A DNA stretch of 64,000 nucleotides from Eledone cirrhosa. Lineage: Eukaryota. The DNA lies in contig OZ024750.1 of NCBI GenBank assembly GCA_964016885.1, forward strand, positions 12,214,001 to 12,278,000, in the 5' to 3' direction. Under the pieces are notes generated by a model. It made no database searches. It was not told the DNA's origin and saw nothing but the letters and a program-made list of their open reading frames with translations. Position numbers and translations under genes: made by a program. Positions within the stretch are counted from its first letter, which is position 1. Each line of letters starts with the position of its first letter. Positions 28,481 through 39,805 of this stretch are shown piece after piece.

Positions 28481-29465
28481 GGTGGCCCTTAGCAATAGGT
28501 AATTTTCCGAAAGTTAAAATTTTGCAGCTCCCACCCACTAATCTTGTTTCAATCATCAAAAAGACGGGGTGTGCAAAATTTAAGCTCAATCGGACAACTA
28601 TTAGGTGACCCTCAAACGCCTTGAAGTTGGAGCATAGTATACTCAACGATTAATTCTATTCAAAAGCGGTATACTGTTCCCTATCTCGACCATTTTCTTT
28701 TTTCTTCTTAGAGAAATTTATGTGGACACATCCAGGCCACCCCAGCAAATGTTTAAAAACGTTCTGAATCAAATTTATCAATAGTTAATTTGAAAAATTC
28801 ATAAAATAACATGAAAAATTATTCCTGAAATAACAAGAAATATTAGATTTTCTTAATAAAGGACACAACTTCTATAAGAGAAACGTATTTTTATTTACAA
28901 TAATTTCTATAGAATCGACGCCATGCTTTGTCGCATAGAGTTACGTCCTTTTATGATCTGAGTTCAAATCCCGCCGTGGTTAACTTTGCCTTTCATCCTT
29001 ACGGGGTCGATAAAATAAAGTACCAGTAATGTACTGGGTAATTGCTGGCCTTGTGTCAAAAGTAGAAACAATTATTTTGGCATAAGAGAGGATTTAGTGG
29101 CAGTTGGGTATGTTTTCGGTAATGATCTGTAAAACAAATTGTTTCTCAGTTTCATCTTTTGTGAGAATGTTATTATAATCCTGAATGAGTTTGACAGCTC
29201 TTTCTGCAACATCATTCACAACTGTCTTCTCAAGTTTTTCAAGTCCACTTTTGTAACCAAGATCATCATTTCATGTTAAACGGTCTTTGTCGAGGAAATC
29301 GGTGCTGATAGAAAATCTCGCGAAGAAAGTTTTTGTACCAGGAGTTACAAAAGACGAAAAGTCGATGTTTGTAAAGGAAGAAAAGTCATTTTGGCGCAGA
29401 ATGTACCTCTTCAGTTGATTTTTTTCACCTTCAGCATAACTTGAGCAATATTTGCCTTAACCTTT
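28478..29465 (-). mobile_element. Truncated hAT-like (hATm-type, TAGGGTG end) DNA transposon with a SINE insertion
   Basis: Terminus TAGGGTGGCCCTTA at 28478, matched by the MITE at 29968-30339. Family-A SINE at 28917-29074; transposase remnant at 29097-29415. Confidence 0.65.
29097..29415 (-). pseudogene. Transposase C-terminal remnant
   Basis: LKRYILRQNDFSSFTNIDFSSFVTPGTKTFFARFSISTDFLDKDRLT*NDDLGYKSGLEKLEKTVVNDVAERAVKLIQDYNNILTKDETEKQFVLQIITEN. In-frame TGA where Trp is expected; VVND.AER.VKL motif. Confidence 0.75.
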
Positions 29466-29812
29466 CTCACTTTGCTCTCCTCTTATCGTTGCTCTCTCTT
29501 TATCCTTGCTCTCTCTTTTTATCCTTGCTCTCTCTTTTTATCCTTGCTCTCTCTTTTCTCATTGCTCTCCTTTTCTCATTGCTCTCCTTTTCTCATTGCT
29601 CTCCCTTTCTCCTTGCTCTCCCTTTCTCCTTGCTCTCCTTACTCTCCCTTACTCTCCCTTTCTCCTTGCTCTCCTTACTCTCCATTTCTCCTTACTCTCA
29701 TTGCTCTCCTTGCTCTCCTTTTCTCCTTGCTCCCCTTTTCTCCTTGCTCTCCTTGCTCTCCTTGCTCTCCTTTTCTCCTTGCTCTCCTTACTCTCCTTGC
29801 TCTCCCTTTCGC
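29466..29812. repeat. Pyrimidine-rich degenerate tandem repeat (ttgctctcct / ttctcc units)
   Basis: Direct reading; source of spurious S/L/P ORFs. Confidence 0.9.
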
Positions 29813-29967
29813 CTTGTATCTATGTACTTGTTTATATACAAATACAATGAGAAAATGGGAGCAAGGAGAAATATGAAAGTAAGGAGAGAATATATATATG
29901 TATATATGTACTCAATACCGAGTACCCATTTCTCTCAGCTGTCAACCACATACGGATATATGTATAT

Positions 29968-30339
29968 TAAGGTGGCCCTTAGCAACAAATAATTTTCTGA
30001 AAGTTAAAATTTTGCTTCTCCCACAGCGAAAAGTAGGTGTTTGCCCCATACCTGCGTCTGACCCCAGCTTTGCAAGTTACTTTCCCCATTATATTTATTG
30101 TCACTTATCCTTCTAATACCAAGAATAAGTCTCAACAAATTTTTAATTTAAGAGAAAGATATATCTGAAAAAATTACTTTCCGGGCGAAAACTTCAAAAT
30201 TTCATGGTCGATGAGGGTCACCTTGTACTTGGCCACTTGAGCTAAAGTTTTGCATAGATTGTTTTTTTTTTTGTTAATTAGAACAAGATAGGAGGGTGGG
30301 AACTAAACTTTTAGGAAGTTGAAAATAAGGGCCACCCTA
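29968..30339. mobile_element. Non-autonomous MITE of the same TAGGGTGGCCCTTA family
   Basis: taaggtggcccttagcaa ... taagggccacccta; left end colinear with 28478-28535. Confidence 0.75.
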
Positions 30340-30362
30340 ATATAATATAATATATATATATA

Positions 30363-30412
<50 letters not shown>

Positions 30413-30417
<5 letters not shown>

Positions 30418-30601
30418 AACGAGTAGGACCCCGACGGCTGAGCTCAAGCCGTTTCGACGGCTAATTCAGAATTAACCGTCGAAACGGCTTGAGCTCAGCC
30501 GTCGGGGTCCTACTCGTTCCTATTACCCACTCTACTACCCTAAGTATTGAGTACTTTGGTGCGTTATGGTCCACCTGGTTCCTTACCACATTTCCTCCGT
30601 T
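30413..30601 (+). mobile_element. Family-1 element with 55-bp fold-back arms (30413-30467 / 30469-30523)
   Basis: Palindrome with a 1-nt loop and one mismatch. GAAA-CGGCT-TGAGCTC-AGCCG-TC-GGGGTCC matches the 3' half of a hammerhead. TA tracts on both sides. Confidence 0.85.
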
Positions 30602-31203
30602 ATATATATATATATATAATACATGTTTAGAAATGTGTTGTGTCCTTGAGCAAGGTACTTTATTTCTCACGTTGCTCCAGTTTACTTAGCTGTAGAAATG
30701 AGTTGCGACATCACTGGTGCCAAACTGTATGAGCCATTGCCTTTCCCTTGAACAACATCGGTGGCATGGGGAGAAGGGAGAGGGAAAATAAATACCATTA
30801 TACTTTTTAATAGAAATTTCTCGAATAATATATTTAAATTTTAAAAGATATGATCTCAAGAAAGCTTATTATTCATTTAATCTGTAAAATTCTACGTACA
30901 AAAATAATAAGGAAAACATGTTATATTTGTATTTTCCTGAAAATAAACGTACATGAAAAGTTTAGCTCTGTCTGTGTGTGTGTATGGAAACACACACAGA
31001 GACAGACAGAGAGACAGAGACAGAGAGAGACAGAGACAGAGCGACATATATATACATATATATATGTAGATAAACTACCAAAATATACGTTAGTGTCCAA
31101 TCCGTATGAAGAACTCAATGTAATCCAAATATAGAAGATATCATGAAAAGAGACGATGCATTCAAAAATTTACGATAAAAATCATAGGAAAACAGAGTCA
31201 AGA

Positions 31204-31580
31204 TAAATTAATAAAAACAATGAAATAAACACAAAGAACAAGTTCTTAATATTAAAAAATTCATCATTTTACGATTGTTTCTGGGATGTATATTGACCTC
31301 TAATTCATTTTCTATTGGTCAATTCAAAACCTGTTCCCAAACAGACCCTTTATATTAATTCTTTGTTTTTTTCAATAAACACATCTCATCATTTCTGAGG
31401 ACGGCATGTATATGTGAAGGTATGTATATTTCCTCTGATAATTTGTAATATTTTTACATAGATATATGATATACATACCAACACACATATACATCCCAGA
31501 AACGATCGTAAAATGATGAATTTTTTTAAATATAAGGAACTTGTTCTTTGTGTTTATTTCATTGTTTTTATTAATTTACA
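31204..31580. mobile_element. Fold-back element (~90-bp arms, 31204-31293 / 31487-31578), Penelope-like terminus
   Basis: Arms are imperfect reverse complements; right arm ends in TA; related fragment at 2253-2334. Confidence 0.75.
31386..31519 (+). ncRNA. Type-I hammerhead ribozyme motif with a ~97-nt helix II domain
   Basis: TCATCATTT-CTGAGGA-[cggcatgtatatgtg...cacatatacatccca]-GAAA-CGATCG-TA-AAATGATGA: 9-bp helix I, palindromic CGATCG helix III, GUA triplet. Confidence 0.7.
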
Positions 31581-31589
31581 TATATATAT

Positions 31590-31695
31590 AACGAAGGAGT
31601 TGTGGTAAGGAACCAGATGGACCATAACGCACCAGAGTCTAGAAATAGCCGTCGAAACGGCTTGAGCTCTGCCGTCGGGGTCATACATTTTCCTA
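31590..31695. mobile_element. Rearranged Family-1 element (inverted 3' piece joined to the sense piece)
   Basis: acgaagg..gtggtaaggaacc..ggaccataacgcacca (-) fused to gccgtcgaaacggcttgagctc..ggggtc (+); TA on both sides. Confidence 0.75.
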
Positions 31696-31726
31696 TATAT
31701 ATAGACAGAGAGAGAGAGAGAGAGAC

Positions 31727-31778
<52 letters not shown>

Positions 31779-31899
31779 AACAGACAAACAGAGAGAGAGA
31801 TCCAGAGTTTCACTAATTATAACTTCTCAGCTTCTAAGTTGGTTTGAGACACACTTGAATGACACACTGACACAGACACAGAGAGGGAGAGAAAGGGAG

Positions 31900-31951
<52 letters not shown>

Positions 31952-32287
31952 GGAGGTAGAGAAAGAAAGATCCCAGCGTTTCTCTAATTACAGCCTCTCA
32001 ACTACCAAGTTAGTCTGAGACACACTTGAATGCAACTACAAAGACTTATTTAGCGTTAATTATTCTTTTAGCCAATAACTCAATTACAAATAATACAATT
32101 AATTCTGTGACGAGTATATATTGCCAAAGTCTGGATAAAGACTGTCTGTGTTGTTATATGTATGACTGTGTATATGCGTATCTATATGTGTATATATGTA
32201 TATATATGTATATATGTGTATATATATAAATCTATATATGTATATATATAATATAAGATCAAAAGATGGTTAAAGGAGTTCCATGTA

Positions 32288-32354
32288 TTTTATTATGCGC
32301 ATTTCAAAAACAAACATCATCATGCAATAATATTTGTGTTTTCATCAGATAAAA
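32288..32354 (-). ncRNA. Minimal type-I hammerhead ribozyme motif (left-arm copy)
   Basis: Reverse complement of 32485-32551. Confidence 0.7.
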
Positions 32355-32484
32355 CAGGAGAACATGATATGAAGGCTAAAAAACACTTGTGGATAGAGCA
32401 GTTTTAAATCAACATATCAAGATATGTTGATTTAAAACTGCTCTATCCACAAGTGTTTTTTAGCCTTCATATCATGTTCTCCTG

Positions 32485-32551
32485 TTTTATCTGATGAAAA
32501 CACAAATATTATTGCATGATGATGTTTGTTTTTGAAATGCGCATAATAAAA
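32485..32551 (+). ncRNA. Minimal type-I hammerhead ribozyme motif
   Basis: TTTTAT-CTGATGA-AAACAC...TGTTTTT-GAAA-TGCGCA-TA-ATAAAA: 6-bp helix I, palindromic TGCGCA helix III, AUA triplet. Confidence 0.72.
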
Positions 32552-32706
32552 TACATGGAACTCCTTTAACCATCTTTTGATCTTATATTATGTATACTCC
32601 AGTCCTACAAACTGTAGAGTGCTTCTTATCCGATATCTGCATTGCTTTATTGTACTACAATAAAACTCACCTCCTACATATGTATATATATATATATATA
32701 TATAAA

Positions 32707-32737
<31 letters not shown>

Positions 32738-32946
32738 TTATGTGTATCTATATATGTATATATAAATAAATATATATATATATGCAGAGGTTATATTTAA
32801 TTTGTTGGGATTCAACAAACTTTAAAAATGTTATAACTAATATAAAGCACTCAACAGCTATATGGAGTAAATACACAATATATTAATATTATATAGTAAA
32901 TATAGTAAATATTATATAGTAAATACACAAAATAAAACAAATCTGT

Positions 32947-33010
32947 ATTTTATCTGATGAAAGCGCACCATAATTTGCCTTGGTTGCCCTTGGAATATAT
33001 ATAATAAAAT
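32947..33010 (+). ncRNA. Degenerate hammerhead motif (GAAA mutated to GGAA)
   Basis: ATTTTAT-CTGATGA-aagcgcacca...tggttgccctt-GGAA-TATATA-TA-ATAAAAT; 7-bp helix I intact. Confidence 0.55.
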
Positions 33011-33172
33011 AAATATGGTTTTATAAATATAGTTTTCATTTATTAATATATTGTGTATATGTATATATATATATATATATATAAATTTTGAGTATATGTT
33101 GGTTGTTTACCGACACCTCTGTATACCGATTGGAACACTCGATGAAGTACGCAGGTTGGTTATTTTTATATA

Positions 33173-33219
<47 letters not shown>

Positions 33220-33292
33220 AATATTTTCGAAACAGCGAGTGGGTTTGAAATTATTAGAAATGTAAGCTATCGCCGTATTTTGATTAAAGAAA

Positions 33293-33616
<324 letters not shown>

Positions 33617-33699
33617 CACCCACACTCTCAAGCGTGAACCTAATACGAACACTTCGTACTGCACTCTTCGTTATTTTTTTTTGTGTTTTCTGTTTTAAC

Positions 33700-33773
<74 letters not shown>

Positions 33774-34106
33774 GAGGTAATATTTCAATATTGTAAAGGA
33801 TACCTCTATTTGGTATCCCTTACTAATAGAAAGAAAAGAAATATGTTGAATTAGAAGAAGAGGAGGAAGAATTGAACATTTCCTAGTGTCTCTTCTCTCT
33901 CTCCAAACACAATCTGTCCCTTTTCACAATCCGTCACTCCTAGCTAAATAGTCAGCCGCTTGTAACAGGCTGCCATTAATATTTTATTAAGTTCGGGGGT
34001 TATTCGGGACGAAGTTGAATCGTACTTTTCGTTCCAGTCCAGGCTAGAAACAAACCTATGGTAATATGACATACACACGTACAATACATACTTACAATAC
34101 ACACAT

Positions 34107-34158
<52 letters not shown>

Positions 34159-34258
34159 TATATATATATATTTAAAGTTTATCCCGGGTTCAATCGAGGA
34201 TAACCACAGTAAGTGAGGTACTCAATACAAAGCAGGGTATACATATTTAATATAGAAA

Positions 34259-34309
34259 AGCTTCTACAGGACTAGAATTGTTTCATTCGTGAGAAATCAT
34301 CAGGAAGCT
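34259..34309 (-). ncRNA. Type-I hammerhead ribozyme motif (Family 2)
   Basis: AGCTTC-CTGATGA-TTTCTCACGAAT-GAAA-CAA-TTCTAGTC-CTG-TA-GAAGCT; other copies have a CAG/CTG helix III. The element spans about 34172-34320 and begins folding back at AAGCTT. Confidence 0.62.
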
Positions 34310-34319
34310 TCCTGATGAT

Positions 34320-34488
34320 TTGGTAGTATCGGTGGAAGGTCGGAAGCCATGCTTTCCAGCATAGTTATGGTCTGAGTTCAAATCCCGTCGAGGTTAACTT
34401 TGCCTTTCATCCTTACGGGGTCGATAAAATAAAGTACCAGTAATGTACTGGGTAATTGCTGGCCTTGTGCCAAAAGTAGAAACAATTA
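34320..34488 (+). mobile_element. Family-A SINE directly after the Family-2 fold-back
   Basis: tggtagtatcggtgga..gagttcaaatccc..gtagaaacaatta. Confidence 0.85.
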
Positions 34489-36010
34489 TAATTATATGAT
34501 ATTTAGAAATATATATTTTATAAAATTATTTCACATTACGGTAAGTAAAATGAAAAAAAAAAATAGTTAATACTATAGATTGAGATTTTATTCATCTGTA
34601 TAGAGAATAGAAATATTTCATACGATTGAGGTGGGGGTAGATTTAGAAGAGATTAATTATTATAAGTTCCATTTGTCCTTGACGTTCACTCTAAAGTGAC
34701 TGTGTGAACAGCAGGCTGGACATAAATAGCATCAGCAGAACTGGAACGATTTGGCTTGAATAATGAGTTGAAGTCCAGTTGTTTATCTTGTTGAAGCTGC
34801 TTCCAGTTAATGAGTAATTTCAAGTTTTATTTTAGATGTTTATAATATTACTGAGTATCAATTTTAGTTGACAAGTCTATATATGGAATGACGTTATCAA
34901 GAGATTCTCCTATGACGGAAGTTTTTGGTTTTTCTGGGACAAATAGTCATCGTCTCTATCATCCAGACGTTATTAAGCCCGCCGAGGTTAACTTTGCCTT
35001 TCATCCTTACGAAGTCGATAAAATAAAGTACCAGTAATGCACTGAGATAATCCCTGGCCTTGTGCCAAAAGTAAAAACGTCGTCTGCATCATCCAGACGT
35101 TATCAAGATATTCTCATATGACGGAAGTTTTTGTTTTTTTTGGTATAAATGACCGTCGTCTCCATCATCTAGATTATCTGAGCTGTAACCAACGAGAACT
35201 TCATCCCTTACATCTTCGTCTGTTAACACTATATATCCAGGGTCACAATCTGTATGTTAAAGCTATGTTCTGCTGACATCTGTTTCATTTATTCAATGAA
35301 TTTCCTTTCATGATAACCATGATTTTGTATTTTTTTTTTTCTTCTTATAACTGACTCCTCAATTTATGTTCATTCCTAAATCATATATATTTTACTTATT
35401 CTGTTAACACCTTTAGACAATACATATATGTAATAATTCCCTTCCCATCAGTCTTGCAGTTAATAAATCTTGTTACACATAGTTGGATTCTTGTGATTAG
35501 AAAAAGTTAAGCTTTTGATGGTTTTAACTCTATCACACTGAGGCATGAGATATATAAATTAAATAAATAATACCTTTGATATATAGGTGTCTATAACATA
35601 TCAATTTATTTGAAGGCCTTCTTATTAATCCTTATCAAGAGTAAATGAAATGTGTCACTAATAATTGATGGATTCTTTCTCACTAACTTGGCCTTGAAGT
35701 TAATCTCTTCTGTCATATACTTTTCATAATCACCCTCATCCTGTATCACATTTCTTCTTCTGCTCTCTTAGTCACTTTTTTCTTTCCTCTTTCATGTTTC
35801 TGTCACTCAGGTTTTTCTCATTTTGTCACTTTTGAGGTGAGGAGAATATTTATATTATATTAGATTTTCAGCCATTATCAACCCTATTATTTACCTCAAT
35901 TTATTGACCCTTATCTCCATTGATTAGATTGGTTTGTAATACAGCATCCGGCTATATATCTTGACTCTAGATCATCTTATCTGTAACATTCATAGATATG
36001 AAGATCTGTC

Positions 36011-37348
36011 TTAACCTGTCCATATTAACATGTCTATATTAACCTGTCTATATTAACCTGTCTATATTAACCTGTCTATATTAACATGTCTATATTAACC
36101 TGTCTATATTAACATGTCTATATTAACCTGTCTATATTAACATGTCTATATTAACATGTCTATATTAACCTGTCTATATTAACATGTCTATATTAACCTG
36201 TCTATATTAACCTGTCTATATTAACCTGTCTATATTAACCTGTCTATATTAACATGTCTATATTAACATGTCTATATTAACCTGTCTATATTAACATGTC
36301 TATATTAACATGTCTATATTAACCTGTCTATATTAACATGTCTATATTAACCTGTCTATATTAACCTGTCTATATTAACCTGTCTATATTAACCTGTCTA
36401 TATTAACATGTCTATATTAACCTGTCTATATTAACCTGTCTATATTAACCTGTCTATATTAACATGTCTATATTAACATGTCTATATGAACATGTCTATA
36501 TTAACATGTCTATATTAACCTGTCTATATTAACCTGTCTATATTAACATGTCTATATTAACATGTCTATATTAACATGTCTATATTAACATGTCTATATT
36601 AACATGTCTATATTAACCTGTCTATATTAACATGTCTATATTAACATGTCTATATTAACCTGTCTATATTAACATGTCTATATTAACATGTCTATATTAA
36701 CATGTCTATATTAACCTGTCTATATTAACCTGTCTATATTAACCTGTCTATATTAACATGTCTATATTAACATGTCTATATTAACATGTCTATATTAACA
36801 TGTCTATATTAACATGTCTATATTAACATGTCTATATTAACCTGTCTATATTAACATGTCTATATTAACCTGTCTATATTAACATGTCTATATTAACCTG
36901 TCTATATTAACATGTCTATATTAACATGTCTATATTAACCTGTCTATATTAACCTGTCTATATTAACCTGTCTATATTAACATGTCTATATTAACATGTC
37001 TATATTAACATGTCTATATTAACCTGTCTATATTAACATGTCTATATTAACATGTCTATATTAACCTGTCTATATTAACATGTCTATATTAACATGTCTA
37101 TATTAACATGTCTATATTAACATGTCTATATTAACATGTCTATATTAACATGTCTATATTAACATGTCTATATTAACATGTCTATATTAACCTGTCTATA
37201 TTAACATGTCTATATTAACCTGTCTATATTAACATGTCTATATTAACATGTCTATATTAACCTGTCTATATTAACATGTCTATATTAACCTGTCTATATT
37301 AACATGTCTATATTAACATGTCTATATTAACCTGTCTATATTAACCTG
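36011..37348. repeat. 14-bp minisatellite (TTAAC[A/C]TGTCTATA), about 95 copies
   Basis: Direct reading; two variants differing at one position are interspersed. Confidence 0.97.
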
Positions 37349-37475
37349 TTCTCTCACACCATGGGTAAATTTCATCACAAGTTCATAGCAATATTCCTCT
37401 AGACATTTGTACGTCTTAATAATGTTTTAGTTTCTATATACATTTCTCCATGTTATTTAAACCCAGTGTCAGCTT

Positions 37476-38025
37476 TTCGTTGATCTGATGGGTGTGGATA
37501 AGATCACTGCTGTCCTTCGCACACAATGTCTTCGTTGATCTGATGGGTGTGGATAAGATCACTGCTGTCCTTCGCACACAATGTCTTCGTTGATCTGCTG
37601 GGTGTGGATAAGATCACTGCCGTCCTTCGCACACAATGTCTCCGTTGATCTGATGGGTGTGGATAAGATCACTGCCGTCCTTCGCACACAATGTCTTCGT
37701 TGATCTGCTGGGTGTGGATAAGATCACTGCTGTTCTTCGCACACAATGTCTTCATTGATCTGATGGGTGTGGATAAGATCACTGCCGTCCTTCGCACACA
37801 ATGTCTCCGTTGATCTGATGGGTGTGGATAAGATCACTGCCGTCCTTCGCACACAATGTCTTCATTGATCTGATGGGTGTGGATAAGATCACTGCTGTTC
37901 TTCGCACACAATGTCTCCGTTGATCTGATGGGTGTGGATAAGATCACTGCCGTCCTTCGCACACAATGTCTTCATTGATCTGATGGGTGTGGATAAGATC
38001 ACTGCTGTCCTTCGCACACAATGTC
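37476..38025 (+). repeat. 55-bp tandem repeat, 10 copies, derived from the LINE 5'-truncation point
   Basis: Units start at 37476, 37531 ... 37971; the last unit reads in frame into the LINE ORF remnant. Confidence 0.93.
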
Positions 38026-38576
38026 TCCATTGGTACGGAAATGTACAGCGAGCCACGTCACGCACCAACTCCATCACTCACTTTGCAATCCCTGGCACCA
38101 GAGATTGTGGCAGACCAAGGAAGACATGGTTGGAGTCCGTGAAGAGTGATTTGTATAAATGGAACTTGGCTGATGTCGATACTATGGACAGAAATTCACG
38201 GAGAGCGGCTGTGAGACATTGCCTGGTGTTGCCTACCTCGGAGTCCGGGACAACTGCAGCACCTTAAAGACCAAAACTGGATATGCCCCCACTCCCCCCC
38301 CCACCGCAAGGTGGTCGTGGAGGTGCCACGGCAAAAAAGCACCCAGCCCACACTGTAAAGTGGACGTGTAGGCGCCACGAAAAAGCACCCAGCACTCACT
38401 GTAAATGAGGTTGGTGTTAGGAAGGGCATCCAGCTGTAGAAATCAAGCCAGATCAGTTCCTGTATGAGCAAGGCATGGTCAGCCGACCAGACACTGCCCA
38501 CAACAGGACAACCCGTCTAACCCATGCTAGCGTGGAAGAACGGACGTAAAACGGTGATGATGATGATGATGATGAT
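37971..38576 (+). mobile_element. 5'-truncated RTE-like LINE 3' end with (GAT)n tail
   Basis: DLMGVDKITAVLRTQCLHWYGNVQR...GRPRKTWLESVKSDL...DRNSRR matches the RLRW.GHV.R / GRP..TW / DR..WR C-terminus; 3' UTR aggaagggcatcc..gacgtaaaacggtgatgatg. Confidence 0.85.
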
Positions 38577-39623
38577 GGAGATCTGTTGTCACTACCTTAT
38601 CATTTTTTTTCTTTCCATATTCTATTTAATTAGTTAAAACTTTTGATTTTTAACCTGAACATTTTTTCACAAGACCTAGTCATTTAGATAATGAATATTC
38701 TCATCACTAACCGATTTTAAATTCATAGAAAAAGAAATGTAAAATAAAAACATAGTTGCAGGAATTTTAAAATAAATATCATAAGCAGAACTTTTAAATA
38801 AAAAATCCTAAAACTGTGGGAATATGTTTGCATGGATAGTGAAATGAACATACAAGCCTACATGTAGTTAAAATATGATTTCAATTGCTGTATAAACATT
38901 CCAGCAGAAAGTAATAGGATTTAGTATATGTTATGAAATTAATTCAAGGTTATAATAATATTATAACTTGTTGAATACGTGTTAGGTTACACTCTAAAAA
39001 TATCTTGATGTGGATTTATGTAATTTAATGCTCTTTTCTTGATATGTAGACAATATTTCCTTTCTGGAACAATATATATTTCAGATGCAGGAGCTTGTAC
39101 CCACCCACCTACCCTTATTTTTAAACCTTCCCACTTCTCATGATTCCCTCAATGCTGGCAGGATGAAAGGTGTCTCATGGGAGATTGTAGAGATGTTATA
39201 TTAAAAGCAAGTATATGTATGATGCATATAGGAGACCAGATGGAGAGGAACCTCAGCCAAACACCTCACAAGAAAAACACAGTGCTACAAGTTTTTCTGG
39301 TAGTCATCTTAGTTGTGCTATGCATGAAGGGAGCCTTCGTTTATCTAGTGGTCATCTTACAGAAATCTCAGTAACAAATAAATTCCTCTCAGTTGGTGAT
39401 GTAGTGTATCTACATGTGAACAGGCTTGTGACAGGACTCTGCCTCCAGGAATAAGTCAGCAAAGAAGAAAAAAATATCAGCTAATAATTTTTTTCTGAGA
39501 CAAAAAAAAATCTGAGTAAAATCAAAGAACGTTTGTTCTTAATTTGAAAAGAATGAATAAACAATTTAACAATAATTTAGTAAAACACATCTATTCATTA
39601 ATTAGTTTTTTTACTTAGTTTTA

Positions 39624-39805
39624 CCCTTTAGCATTTACATTACTTTATATTTACTATTGTATTTTCACAGTAAACACTTTATCTCACATAATATCGAATC
39701 TACGAGATTTTGATGTTATTTCTTTTGAGAACTGGTTACTGCCGACTTGAAGAGAAAGAGGTAAAAGAATTCTGGCCAGTTATGGCCAGTTTAAATGCTA
39801 AAGGG
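39624..39805 (+). mobile_element. piggyBac-like MITE
   Basis: CCCTTTAGCATTTA ... TAAATGCTAAAGGG TIRs; TTAA sites degenerate. Confidence 0.75.

Larger units (their letters stand above)
32248..32591. mobile_element. Fold-back element: 171-bp inverted arms with a 2-nt loop, Penelope-like terminus
   Basis: 32248-32418 is the reverse complement of 32421-32591. Embedded between TA tracts; the right side continues uniquely to about 32677. Confidence 0.88.

Noticed and set aside
36011-38025. Regular arrays that could be mistaken for CRISPR
   Set aside because: Units are directly adjacent with no unique spacers; eukaryotic context and no cas genes.
39084-39454. Exon-like stretch after tttcag and the 65-79 aa ORFs
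   Set aside because: All three frames after the acceptor stop within 40 codons, and I recognise no domain.
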